Below are positions 17,774-25,942 of a stretch of DNA of 51,553 nucleotides, in pieces; within the stretch, counting starts at the first letter, position 1; every line of letters starts with the position of its first letter. The stretch lies in the NCBI GenBank assembly GCA_040389605.1, contig JAZJZU010000019.1, positions 1 to 51,553 on the forward strand, in the 5' to 3' direction. This DNA comes from Gemmatimonadota bacterium (GTDB lineage: Bacteria; Gemmatimonadota; Gemmatimonadetes; Gemmatimonadales; GWC2-71-9). The position numbers were made by a program, and so were the translations under genes. The notes below the pieces were generated by a model that saw nothing but the letters and a program-made list of their open reading frames with translations, was not told where the DNA came from and ran no database searches.

Positions 17774-20140
17774 ATGCGTGCCGCTGTTGCCACCGCCCGT
17801 TCCTCTGCCCTCACCCTCGCGCTGCTGGGCCTGCTGGCCGCCCCTGGTGCGGCCCAGCAGCACCCGGCCACCGCCGCGGATTATGCGAGGGCGGAACAGT
17901 TCCTTGCCCCGGCGGTGGCCCCGCTGATCAGCGGGACCTCCGTGAATCCCACCTGGTTCGGCGGCGACCACCTCTGGTACCGGAACACCACAGCGGAGGG
18001 CAGCGAATTCATCCTGGTCGACGCCGCCCGCAAGCGCCGGAGCCGGGCGTTCGATCAGGCCAGGGTTGCGGTCGCGCTGTCGGCGGCCACGGGCAATAGC
18101 TACGACCCGGCCCACCTGCCGTTCACCGCCATCACGATGGCCGACGACGGGAAGAGCTTCACGGTCAACCTGGCCGGCAAGCGGTACTCGTGTGATGTCC
18201 AGGGAATCAGTTGTGTCTCGGTGGCGGGTGTGGCATCGACCCAGGCGCCAGCGGGCCGCCGGGGGGCCACTCTTGCCGTCACTTCTCCCGACGGCAAGCG
18301 CTCCGCCTTCATCCGCGACTGGAACCTCTGGATTCGTGATGTCACGACAGGAGACGAGAGCCAGCTGACCACCGACGGCGTCACCGACTTTGGCTACGCC
18401 ACCGACAACGCGGGCTGGACCAACAGCGACCGCGCGATCCTGCTCTGGTCACCTGATTCCCGGAAGATCGCCACGTACCAGCAGGATCAACGCAACGTCG
18501 GCGAGATGTACCTCGTCTCGACGGCCGTCGGGCATCCCACGCTCCGGCAGTGGAAATACCCGCTCCCGGGCGACAGCGTCATCACGATGATCCAGCGCGT
18601 GGTGATCGACGTCGACAGCAAGCAGGTGGTCCGGTTCCAGATGCCGCCCGACCAGCACCGCTCCACCAACGGCGACGACATCAGTATGAGCGATGTACAG
18701 TGGAGCCCCGACGCCCGGCAGGTGGCGTTCGTGTCGGTGACACGCGATCACAAGACGGCAACGCTGCGAGTGGCCGATGCCGCGACGGGAACGGTGCGGA
18801 CCGTGATGAGCGAATCGGTTCCCAACTCGCATTACGAATCAGGGATCGGCAAGATCAACTGGCAGATGCTCTGGGGCAGCAACGAAGTCCTCTGGTGGTC
18901 GCAGCGCAGCAACTGGGGGCAGCTCTACCTCTACGATGCCACCACGGGCGCACTCAAGCACCAGATCACCAGCGGCGATGGCAACGTCGCCACCGTCGTG
19001 CGAGTCGACGAGCCACACCGGCAGCTCTGGTTCACCGGAATGGGAAAGGAGCCGGGCCGGGATCCCTACTTCCGCCATTTCTACCGGATCGGACTCGACG
19101 GCAAGGGGTTCGCGCTCCTGACGCCGGATGACGGCGATCACACCGTCTCGCTCTCGCCCGATGGCACGGCGTTCGTCGACACCTGGTCCCGTCCCGACAA
19201 GCCGCAGGTGTCCGTGCTGCGCAGCGCCGTCACGGGCAAGCAGCTCGTGGCGCTCGAACAGGCCGACATCTCGAAGCTGGTGGCGACCGGCTGGAAGGCG
19301 CCGATTCCGATCACGGTGAAGGGACGTGATGGTACCACTGACATCTACGGCCTGATGTTCCGGCCAACGAATTTTGATTCCACCGCCAAGTATCCCATCA
19401 TCAACAACATCTACCCTGGCCCGCAGACCGGATCGGTCGGTGGGCGTTCCTTTACCCCCGCGCGCGGCGATGCGCAGGCGCTCGCCGAGCTCGGCTTCAT
19501 CGTGATCCAGCTCGACGGGATGGGCACGCCCGGACGGTCGAAGGCGTTCCAGGATGCTTACTACGGCAATATGGGCGACAACACGCTGCCCGATCAGATC
19601 GCGGGAATGAAGGACCTCGCTGCGCGCTATCACTGGATTGACCTGTCGCGCGCCGGCATCTGGGGACATTCGGGCGGCGGCTTTGCCACGGCCGACGCGA
19701 TGTTCCGCTACCCCGACTTCTTCAAGGTCGGAATCGCGGAGTCGGGCAATCACGACAATCGGGAGTACGAGGACGACTGGGGTGAGCGCTACCAGGGACT
19801 GGAAGTCCGCAAGGCCGACGGCACCAGCAACTACGACGACCAGGCCAACCAGAACCTCGCGAAGAACCTCAAGGGGCACTTGCTGCTGGCGCACGGCACG
19901 ATGGACAACAACGTGCCGCCCTACAACACGCTGCTCGTGGTCGACGCGCTGATCAAGGCCAACAAGGACTTCGACCTGCTGCTCCTGCCGAACCAGCCGC
20001 ACGGCTACGGTGCGATGTCGACCTATATGATGCGCCGTCGCTGGGATTACTTCGTGCGCTGGCTGCAAGGAGTCGAGCCGCCCAAGGAATTCACCTTCAA
20101 GCCGCCGACACCGGCGGCGGGTCGGCCGGGCGGCAACTAG
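17774..20140 (+). CDS. S9B dipeptidyl-peptidase IV family serine peptidase, secreted
   Basis: A DPP-IV N-terminal propeller region is followed by an alpha/beta hydrolase domain with GIWGHSGGGF (GxSxGG), a later Asp and the LPNQPHGY His. The start is set at ATG 17774, giving a signal peptide (MRAAVATARSSALTLALLGLLAAPGAAQQ). Confidence 0.9.
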   Translation: MRAAVATARSSALTLALLGLLAAPGAAQQHPATAADYARAEQFLAPAVAPLISGTSVNPTWFGGDHLWYRNTTAEGSEFILVDAARKRRSRAFDQARVAVALSAATGNSYDPAHLPFTAITMADDGKSFTVNLAGKRYSCDVQGISCVSVAGVASTQAPAGRRGATLAVTSPDGKRSAFIRDWNLWIRDVTTGDESQLTTDGVTDFGYATDNAGWTNSDRAILLWSPDSRKIATYQQDQRNVGEMYLVSTAVGHPTLRQWKYPLPGDSVITMIQRVVIDVDSKQVVRFQMPPDQHRSTNGDDISMSDVQWSPDARQVAFVSVTRDHKTATLRVADAATGTVRTVMSESVPNSHYESGIGKINWQMLWGSNEVLWWSQRSNWGQLYLYDATTGALKHQITSGDGNVATVVRVDEPHRQLWFTGMGKEPGRDPYFRHFYRIGLDGKGFALLTPDDGDHTVSLSPDGTAFVDTWSRPDKPQVSVLRSAVTGKQLVALEQADISKLVATGWKAPIPITVKGRDGTTDIYGLMFRPTNFDSTAKYPIINNIYPGPQTGSVGGRSFTPARGDAQALAELGFIVIQLDGMGTPGRSKAFQDAYYGNMGDNTLPDQIAGMKDLAARYHWIDLSRAGIWGHSGGGFATADAMFRYPDFFKVGIAESGNHDNREYEDDWGERYQGLEVRKADGTSNYDDQANQNLAKNLKGHLLLAHGTMDNNVPPYNTLLVVDALIKANKDFDLLLLPNQPHGYGAMSTYMMRRRWDYFVRWLQGVEPPKEFTFKPPTPAAGRPGGN

Positions 20141-20182
20141 CAGTCGTGATGCCGAGCCACCAAGATTGCTCAGGATGACAGG

Positions 20183-20218
20183 CCGGGTGACCTCTCAGTG
20201 GAGCGAGGGGTCACCCGG
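20183..20218 (+). terminator. hairpin downstream of the DPP-IV gene (possible terminator, no T-tract)
   Basis: CCGGGTGACC (20183-20192) and GGTCACCCGG (20209-20218) form a perfect 10-bp inverted repeat. It starts 43 nt after the stop codon. Confidence 0.4.
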
Positions 20219-20257
20219 TACTGGCGCTCTCCGCGCCAGCCGCCCCCAGGAGGAATT

Positions 20258-20737
20258 ATGCGCCCCCAGACGTTGTTGATGTCCTGCGCAGTTCTCGCTT
20301 TGGCAGCCTGCTCCAATCCGGTCTCCTCGGACGCTACCGCCCGCTGGATCGCCGTATTCGATCACGTGCCAACCGCGGCCGACCAACAGGCGCTTACACA
20401 AGCCGGCGCCGCCCATCAGATCGTTTACCCCATCGCGCACTCGGTAGGCTTCGATGGCGCCGGGAGTGGCCAAAAGTATTTCGAGACGCCGGGGGTCACG
20501 GTCGCGTTCGCCATCTCCAGCGTCGATGCGCTCAGGCCGGCCGAGTTCCGGACGAGTGCGCCTCCAACGCTAGCGGATCAACAGGCCATCCTCGCCGCGG
20601 GCGGCACCATCGACAAAATTGACCCGGTCAAGTGGAGCATCACTGGGCGGCTCGCCTTCAGCAAACTCTCCGCGCTGTCGAATACTCCGAGTATCACGCT
20701 CGTCGTAGTCGGCTGTGATTGCAGCAGGGTTCTCTGA
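20258..20737 (+). CDS. lipoprotein paralogue A: two tandem I9/propeptide-like units, C-terminal CDCS motif
   Basis: ATG 20258 follows AGGAGGAATT. Signal peptide with lipobox: MRPQTLLMSCAVLALAAC. It aligns end-to-end with the product of 22545..23021. Confidence 0.7.
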   Translation: MRPQTLLMSCAVLALAACSNPVSSDATARWIAVFDHVPTAADQQALTQAGAAHQIVYPIAHSVGFDGAGSGQKYFETPGVTVAFAISSVDALRPAEFRTSAPPTLADQQAILAAGGTIDKIDPVKWSITGRLAFSKLSALSNTPSITLVVVGCDCSRVL

Positions 20738-20780
20738 ACCGATCTGCCTCATTCTTGAGCGCGATGGGAGGCAGAAGCAA

Positions 20781-20812
20781 GCTGGCCCCGAGTCGCAAGA
20801 CTCGGGGCCAGC
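20781..20812. terminator. bidirectional hairpin terminator between convergent genes
   Basis: GCTGGCCCCGAGTC-GCAA-GACTCGGGGCCAGC is a perfect 14-bp stem with a tetraloop. It lies in the 98-nt gap between the stops at 20737 (+) and 20836 (-). Confidence 0.65.
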
Positions 20813-20835
20813 CTCTACGGCTCAGGTACTATTGA

Positions 20836-22458
20836 TCAGGGACAAATGGCATCCAAGTGCGCACCACCGCCGTCCGATCGGAGCGACGCGCGCAAATCAT
20901 CACCACCCGGGCAAACGGGATATTGCCTGGAGTCCGAAATACTCGTCCTGTTACGCGGGCTGTAGCCCGACTTTTCCCGAATTGTCGTAACAACCGTGAT
21001 CGTATATTCACCGCTAGGAACAGGCAAGTTATAGGTCGAGTCTGTTCCATAGCCAGTGTCGATCGAAGAATGGGCCCCGTCAGTGTAGCTAACCTCCCAT
21101 CGATACTCGAGGGTCTGTAGCCCCCATTGACGTTGCGGGCTTAGTAGACAGCTGCTGGCGTGCAGTGGAGGAGTGTAGCAAGCAGTTACATCCGTAATCT
21201 GGGGACCAGGAACGACCGCAGCCAAGGCATCGATAAAGCCATAGCCATAATATCCGTCGAGGCCGCTTGCACCCCGATCCCGTGCCGAAGATGTGAGTCG
21301 GGTATACACATTTGATCCCGTCCATCCGGCGCTCACTAGAAGCGCGACTGCGCCTGTGACGTGAGGCGCTGCGGCCGAGCTTCCATCGAGCGTCTGAGTC
21401 GAATTGCCTAGTGCTGAAGTCAGGACCACAGTGGGCGCAGAAAGGTCTAGTCCAGTGCCATGCTGATTCGAACTAACATAGCTACCATTCTCCGTGTTTC
21501 CACCGACGCCAATCACACCGGTTACTTGTGCATAGCCGGAGACTGGATTGCTAGAATTACAGCCAGAATCGTTACCGTTCCCGGTTGCCGCGACGACGAT
21601 AATTCCCGCGGTGACCGCGTCCTCCACCGCATCGAGAACCGCACCAGTGAGAGCGCTCCCACAGTTGCCGTAGCTCAAATTAATCACATCCATTCCGTTG
21701 CTAATTGCCCAGTTGATGCCATTCGCCGAGCGCGTGTCGGAGCAATCGCCGGCAGAATCGCAGACTTGCACAGAGTAGAGGGAAGCCGACGGCGCCATTC
21801 CGATCACCCCAGATCCGTTCGCCGTAGCGAGTGCAATACCCGCAACACCGGTCCCGTGCCCGACTTGATCGTTGCAGGCCGCCCCAGACTGCAAGTGCAC
21901 ATAGTCGTGGCCCCCCGCCAATCGATCCTCAAGGTCGTCGTGTGTGCACTCGACTCCGGTATCGAGCACACCCACCTTCACGCCGCTCCCCGAATAGCCA
22001 ATCCCTTGCACATAGTCGGCATCTGTGGAGTCGACCCCCCAAGGCTTCGTATCCGTCCTTCGCGCCGTTACGAAATTTGTGGCTCGATGAAGCTTACCGA
22101 AGATATGAGAATTATCCTCTCCTAGTACCACTTGCTCCACCCAGGGAAGTGCTCGCAACCGCCTTACCGTAGCGTCGACACGGGCTTCTTGGACATCCAT
22201 TGTGAGCCAGCGATGTTTCGGCCAGTCAGTGACGCTCCGTACTCCCACCCCGTTCGAGGAAGCAGTGCGCGCGAAGGGTGCTGAGTTCTTGTATTTGATG
22301 CTTAGCGACCGAAGCGGGCCTGTGACCGAGGGGTCGACGATAGCGGCGGAAGCAGGAAGCGCTTCTGTCTCTGCAGTTGGAGAAGACGAATCGGTCAGGG
22401 GCGAACAGGCGGCTGCGAAGCTGCCGACCACGAGGGCGACGTAGGTGCGATAGTTCAT
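20836..22458 (-). CDS. S8 (subtilisin-like) serine peptidase lipoprotein with an N-terminal pro-region and a C-terminal beta-rich Cys-containing domain
   Basis: Catalytic motifs are VGVLDTGVECTHDDL (Asp), VGHGTGVAGIA (His), ATGNGN (oxyanion Asn) and GSSAAAPHVTGAVALL (Ser). The signal peptide with lipobox is MNYRTYVALVVGSFAAAC. The start is ATG 22458; an alternative GTG lies at 22470, as in the ORF track. Confidence 0.9.
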   Translation of the reverse strand: MNYRTYVALVVGSFAAACSPLTDSSSPTAETEALPASAAIVDPSVTGPLRSLSIKYKNSAPFARTASSNGVGVRSVTDWPKHRWLTMDVQEARVDATVRRLRALPWVEQVVLGEDNSHIFGKLHRATNFVTARRTDTKPWGVDSTDADYVQGIGYSGSGVKVGVLDTGVECTHDDLEDRLAGGHDYVHLQSGAACNDQVGHGTGVAGIALATANGSGVIGMAPSASLYSVQVCDSAGDCSDTRSANGINWAISNGMDVINLSYGNCGSALTGAVLDAVEDAVTAGIIVVAATGNGNDSGCNSSNPVSGYAQVTGVIGVGGNTENGSYVSSNQHGTGLDLSAPTVVLTSALGNSTQTLDGSSAAAPHVTGAVALLVSAGWTGSNVYTRLTSSARDRGASGLDGYYGYGFIDALAAVVPGPQITDVTACYTPPLHASSCLLSPQRQWGLQTLEYRWEVSYTDGAHSSIDTGYGTDSTYNLPVPSGEYTITVVTTIREKSGYSPRNRTSISDSRQYPVCPGGDDLRASLRSDGGGAHLDAICP

Positions 22459-22544
22459 AAGAAGGCTCACAGGTCAGGGGGACTGGGCATTCCAATTGAA
22501 TCGGACGAATTGGGCGTGAACGAAACGGTCGCCTCCCTCCGAGG

Positions 22545-23021
22545 CTACATGGGGTAACTGCAATCGCAAGCGATCACTACGAGCGTGAAGTTGGGATTTG
22601 ATGAAAGCAGGTTGATTCCACTGAGGGGGATTCTCACCGTAATTCGCCGATCCTCCTGGTTGACTTTCGTTACTACACCGCCAGCTGAGACCACAGCCGC
22701 ACTGTCGGTTCCTGCGGGCTCGCTTTCAGTGTGGACATCCATCTCCCGTGGTTCTGTCGGATTTCGTACCAGGAATACGTACTTGACACCAGGAATTCGA
22801 CTGAAGGGGACTCCGTCAGGGGCCGCCCGAAAGCCGATCGACCGTGCGATGGGGAATGCCTGAATGCTCGAGCCGCCGGTGGCACGAAGTGCGTTCTCGT
22901 CAGCTTCGTTTGGCGCCCGATCATAGCCGGCGATCCAGTATGTCGACGTATCTGCTGAGGTAGGTGTGCCGCAAGCGGCGAGTCCAACAAACAGCGAGGC
23001 AAATGTGGCGATGCGGAGCAT
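22545..23021 (-). CDS. lipoprotein paralogue B: two tandem I9/propeptide-like units, C-terminal CDCS motif
   Basis: ATG 23021 with a GAGG SD. Signal peptide with lipobox: MLRIATFASLFVGLAAC. It is a paralogue of 20258..20737 (WIAxxD, PIAxSxGF, PGV, AGG, NPxxTLVVxxCDCS). Confidence 0.7.
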   Translation of the reverse strand: MLRIATFASLFVGLAACGTPTSADTSTYWIAGYDRAPNEADENALRATGGSSIQAFPIARSIGFRAAPDGVPFSRIPGVKYVFLVRNPTEPREMDVHTESEPAGTDSAAVVSAGGVVTKVNQEDRRITVRIPLSGINLLSSNPNFTLVVIACDCSYPM

Positions 23022-23395
23022 GGAGGCCTCGGGGGAAGGTCCATTATTGAAGCGGTTCCAAAAAGATTCGCATTGGGCGCAGGTAGAAGCACCAACACTT
23101 TGACAGTAATTCTACTTCGGAAGGAAATCAAGGATGCAGCGTGCCATGCGCCACAAATGCTGCCATGTCCACACCTGTCCGCTGTCAGCCAAGTCTATTG
23201 AGTGGAAACAGTTGCCATCCCTCCGCAGTATGCGATTGAGTGGTGAGCGAGGCGCATTGTTCCCATTTGAAATTATGTAGGCTCTCGAAATCATGCGAAG
23301 GCCCATGTTCGATTCCGGCCCATAAAGCGCTCAAGTCGCAGGATCCGGGGCCTCGTGTTGCCCCTACTGCCAGAACCGAACCCTGAAGCGTCCCG

Positions 23396-24142
23396 TCAGG
23401 GCGTCCTTCCGATGTCCCGCAACCGGCCCTTCGGCTCGGGATTGGTGCCGTCGCGCTGAATCGCTTCGCGGAACGCTGCAGCGGCCGCCGTGGTGTCGCC
23501 GCGCAGCAGCTCAATATTCCCCCGCATTACCGCGGCGGCCGAGGAGGCCGGGAAGAATTCCTCGTTGAGCTTGATCAGAGAGAATGCTTCACTGAACTTG
23601 CTCGCGCGCCCCACACGCAATGCAGCGTTGTTGAGCGAGGGCTCACTGAAGTCGTAGGTGTCGCGGCCATAGAACCGCTCACGCAGGGCGCGATAGGCGC
23701 GCACCGCTGAGTCCGCGCCGCTGCCGATTGCCGCCTCACTAATGATCGCGGCCAGTGGCACCGGACGGTTGGTGCCGCGATGGCAGGTGGCGCAGGTCAC
23801 CTGCACGCCGCTGCTCACGCGGCCTGGCAACGTATCGAGTCGCCGGTTGACTTCCGCCACCATCAGCATCATCTGCCGGGCCACGCGCTTGGTGCGCTTC
23901 TGATCACTCGCAAAATCAAATTTGTCGAGCGGCATCCCTTCTTCGCCGACGTGGCAGAACTGGCAGCGCACGCCCAGCGCCCCACTGAAATTCCGCATCT
24001 GGCCAATGACCTGCATCACCGGAGTACCGTGGGCGAGCACCTGGGTGTTGATCAGCGAATCGGGAGGGAACTTTCCTCCTGCCTGCGCGACGAGCCCAAC
24101 GGGGAGCAGCAGGGCACTCAGTAAAACCAGCAATCGACGCAT
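23396..24142 (-). CDS. secreted dihaem c-type cytochrome (reaction-centre cytochrome-c-subunit-like) with a helical/TPR-like C-terminal half
   Basis: Two CxxCH motifs (CQFCH, CATCH). The start is set at ATG 24142, giving the signal peptide MRRLLVLLSALLLPVGLVAQA. The track ORF is over-extended to 24352. Confidence 0.8.
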   Translation of the reverse strand: MRRLLVLLSALLLPVGLVAQAGGKFPPDSLINTQVLAHGTPVMQVIGQMRNFSGALGVRCQFCHVGEEGMPLDKFDFASDQKRTKRVARQMMLMVAEVNRRLDTLPGRVSSGVQVTCATCHRGTNRPVPLAAIISEAAIGSGADSAVRAYRALRERFYGRDTYDFSEPSLNNAALRVGRASKFSEAFSLIKLNEEFFPASSAAAVMRGNIELLRGDTTAAAAAFREAIQRDGTNPEPKGRLRDIGRTP

Positions 24143-24221
24143 CGGACGGACTCCCGGCAGGAGGGTGAGCAATTTCAACTCCCAGAGTCTAGCAGCCAAA
24201 CCGGGAAACCGGCGAAACGAG

Positions 24222-24809
24222 TCAGTTCCCTGACAGTTTGTTGACCGGAAACGAGGGCAACTCCGCTTGGGTAGCCACCGCGGCCACCAACTCGGCGAGC
24301 GATTCGCGAAGAATCGCCGCAAGCGTGCTGTTGGCTGCGATCTCCTCGGCACTCAGTCGCCGCCCCGACAAGGGTAACGTGAGCGAGGCCGCCGGAATCA
24401 CCCGGGTCGACATCGTCGTCAGGGTTTCGCGCAACGAGTCCTGTGCATGGATCGAGCGGGGAGAGAGATTCAGCAGCGCGATCGGCTTCCCCGGCAAGTC
24501 GAGATCGCTCACCATCCAGTCGAGCGCATTCTTGAGCGAGCCAGGTACGCCGTGAGCGTACTCTGGTGAACAGATGACCACTGCATCGGCCGCCGCGAAC
24601 GCTGCACGAAGTGCCGCGACTGACGCGGCCGGAGTCATCCCCTCGGCGTCGAGATCGGGATTGAAGTGGGGCAACTCGCCCAGGTCGCGGTAATGCGTGA
24701 CGTGGACGCCTGAAGGAGCCACCAACTCGAGTGCTACGAGCGCGCTGGTGTTCGATGATTCCGCGCGCAGGCTCCCCGAGATGGTCAGCAACCGGATGGT
24801 GCGTCCCAC
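24222..24809 (-). CDS. NAD(P)H-dependent FMN reductase (second copy)
   Basis: 195 aa. LLTISGSLRAESSNTSAL and VICSPEYAHGVPGSLKNALDWMV. It is a paralogue of 8975..9556. GTG start. Confidence 0.85.
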   Translation of the reverse strand: MGRTIRLLTISGSLRAESSNTSALVALELVAPSGVHVTHYRDLGELPHFNPDLDAEGMTPAASVAALRAAFAAADAVVICSPEYAHGVPGSLKNALDWMVSDLDLPGKPIALLNLSPRSIHAQDSLRETLTTMSTRVIPAASLTLPLSGRRLSAEEIAANSTLAAILRESLAELVAAVATQAELPSFPVNKLSGN

Positions 24810-24817
24810 GACGACGG

Positions 24818-25315
24818 TTACTTCACCTTGAGGGCGCGTCGCAGCAGAAACAGCTGCCCGACGTGGTAGGCGTCGTGCTGCGCCAGACCGATGAGTGTAC
24901 CTGCCACCGTTGTGCCAGTGCCGAGCGACGGTGAAGGCACCTCCCCAATCACTTCACCCAGCCGAGCCGGAGAGCAGGCCTTCGCCGAGTCCAGCAGTTC
25001 CCGGTGCACGACCCGGAGCGCCGCGCACGCCGCGGCCCAGGCATCTTCGTCCGAGTCGACCACCGCAGGCCAGTCACCCTCGAGCGGCGCCCCCGGCTTG
25101 GCACCACCGAGCCGTCGGGTCACCTCACCCGTCCAGGCGGTCATGTGCAGCACCTCCTCCCAGATCGACGGTGCGCCGGCGATGGGGTGGGCCAACGCCT
25201 GCTCTGCCGTCACCCCGCTCAAGGCTGCCTCGCGCGCCGAACCGAACCACGGCTCCCCATCCTGGGTCCGCTCGATCTGCAGCAGCAGGCTCTCGAACAC
25301 CGATTCCTGAGTCAT
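24818..25315 (-). CDS. DinB-family (DinB_2-like) metal-dependent four-helix-bundle protein
   Basis: Start at ATG 25315 with a GGAG SD. The histidines in EEVLHMTAW...VVHREL...GLAQHDAYHVGQL are spaced as in the DinB His triad. Confidence 0.8.
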   Translation of the reverse strand: MTQESVFESLLLQIERTQDGEPWFGSAREAALSGVTAEQALAHPIAGAPSIWEEVLHMTAWTGEVTRRLGGAKPGAPLEGDWPAVVDSDEDAWAAACAALRVVHRELLDSAKACSPARLGEVIGEVPSPSLGTGTTVAGTLIGLAQHDAYHVGQLFLLRRALKVK

Positions 25316-25352
25316 CGACTGAGCTCCTATGGTCGGAATGGACTGCGAGAGG

Positions 25353-25862
25353 TCATCGGACGTCGTGGTAACGCCCGAAACCCGAGCCGATGAGTGCGCC
25401 AATCCCTGCGAAGAAAAGTCCGGTCCCGAGTCCAACTCCGATCGCGCCGCGCGTGGGTCCCCCGCAGGGGGCGTCGCACAATCCGGTCAGCAGATAGCCC
25501 AGGTAGCCCCCGCCAACGGCGCCGATGACCCCCGCGATCATTGCCCCTCGACCCGCGTAGCTGCCCACCTGACGCTCAAGGCGCGTCAACCGGGCAACCT
25601 CGAGGCTCCGCGCCGCGCTGGTATCGGCATTCACCCGGCAGGGGAGCGCAGGGTAACGGCAATAATGAAGCACCGGCTGACCCGGAAGGAGGGGGGTCAA
25701 CAGTCTACCGCGAAAGGCGGGCGCACCAGTGACCGTCATCCTCACGAGGGCCCCGCTGTCGATCCGCTCCCGCTGCACCAACTGCGCGCGCGCCTGCCGA
25801 GCGCCACCCAGGCACAGGAACAGCAGGAGGCTCACGAACGCGGGGAGGATTTTCAGTCGCAC
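25353..25862 (-). CDS. secreted/membrane hypothetical protein with a C-terminal glycine-zipper segment
   Basis: 169 aa, GTG start, signal peptide. The C-terminus (GAMIAGVIGAVGGGYLGYLL...GVGLGTGLFFAGIGALIGSGFG) is glycine-zipper-like. Confidence 0.55.
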   Translation of the reverse strand: MRLKILPAFVSLLLFLCLGGARQARAQLVQRERIDSGALVRMTVTGAPAFRGRLLTPLLPGQPVLHYCRYPALPCRVNADTSAARSLEVARLTRLERQVGSYAGRGAMIAGVIGAVGGGYLGYLLTGLCDAPCGGPTRGAIGVGLGTGLFFAGIGALIGSGFGRYHDVR

Positions 25863-25942
25863 AGGACACTCAAGATCTGAAGGTCGAAACAGAAACGGGG
25901 GCCGATTCGGCCCCCCGTCCCCAACTTGCGGATTCTGCTGCG

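Larger units (their letters stand above)
20141..23395. other. compositionally atypical low-GC island (three lipoprotein genes plus a 374-nt non-coding tail)
   Basis: Hand counts: 21001-21060 = 29/60 GC, 22561-22620 = 28/60 GC, versus 40/60 GC at 19981-20040 just outside the island. I see no integrase or transposase. Confidence 0.6.

Noticed and set aside
20197-20208. An imperfect direct repeat at the island borders: AGTGGAGCGAGG (20197-20208) versus AGTGGTGAGCGAGG (23239-23252). It could be att-like.
   Set aside because: Only about 12 nt match, with a 2-nt indel. The left copy is part of a hairpin loop or stem. A match of this quality is expected by chance in 51 kb, and no integrase is present.
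23281-23335. A possible tRNA gene, or tRNA 3' half, around the GTTCGATTCC decamer.
   Set aside because: With G53/C61 fixed, the flanking bases (CCATG / CCGGC) do not form a T-stem. No acceptor-stem complement (TTTATGG) occurs about 65 nt upstream, and there is no CCA or discriminator context. I therefore do not call it as an RNA gene; it is kept only as a low-interest note in the findings.
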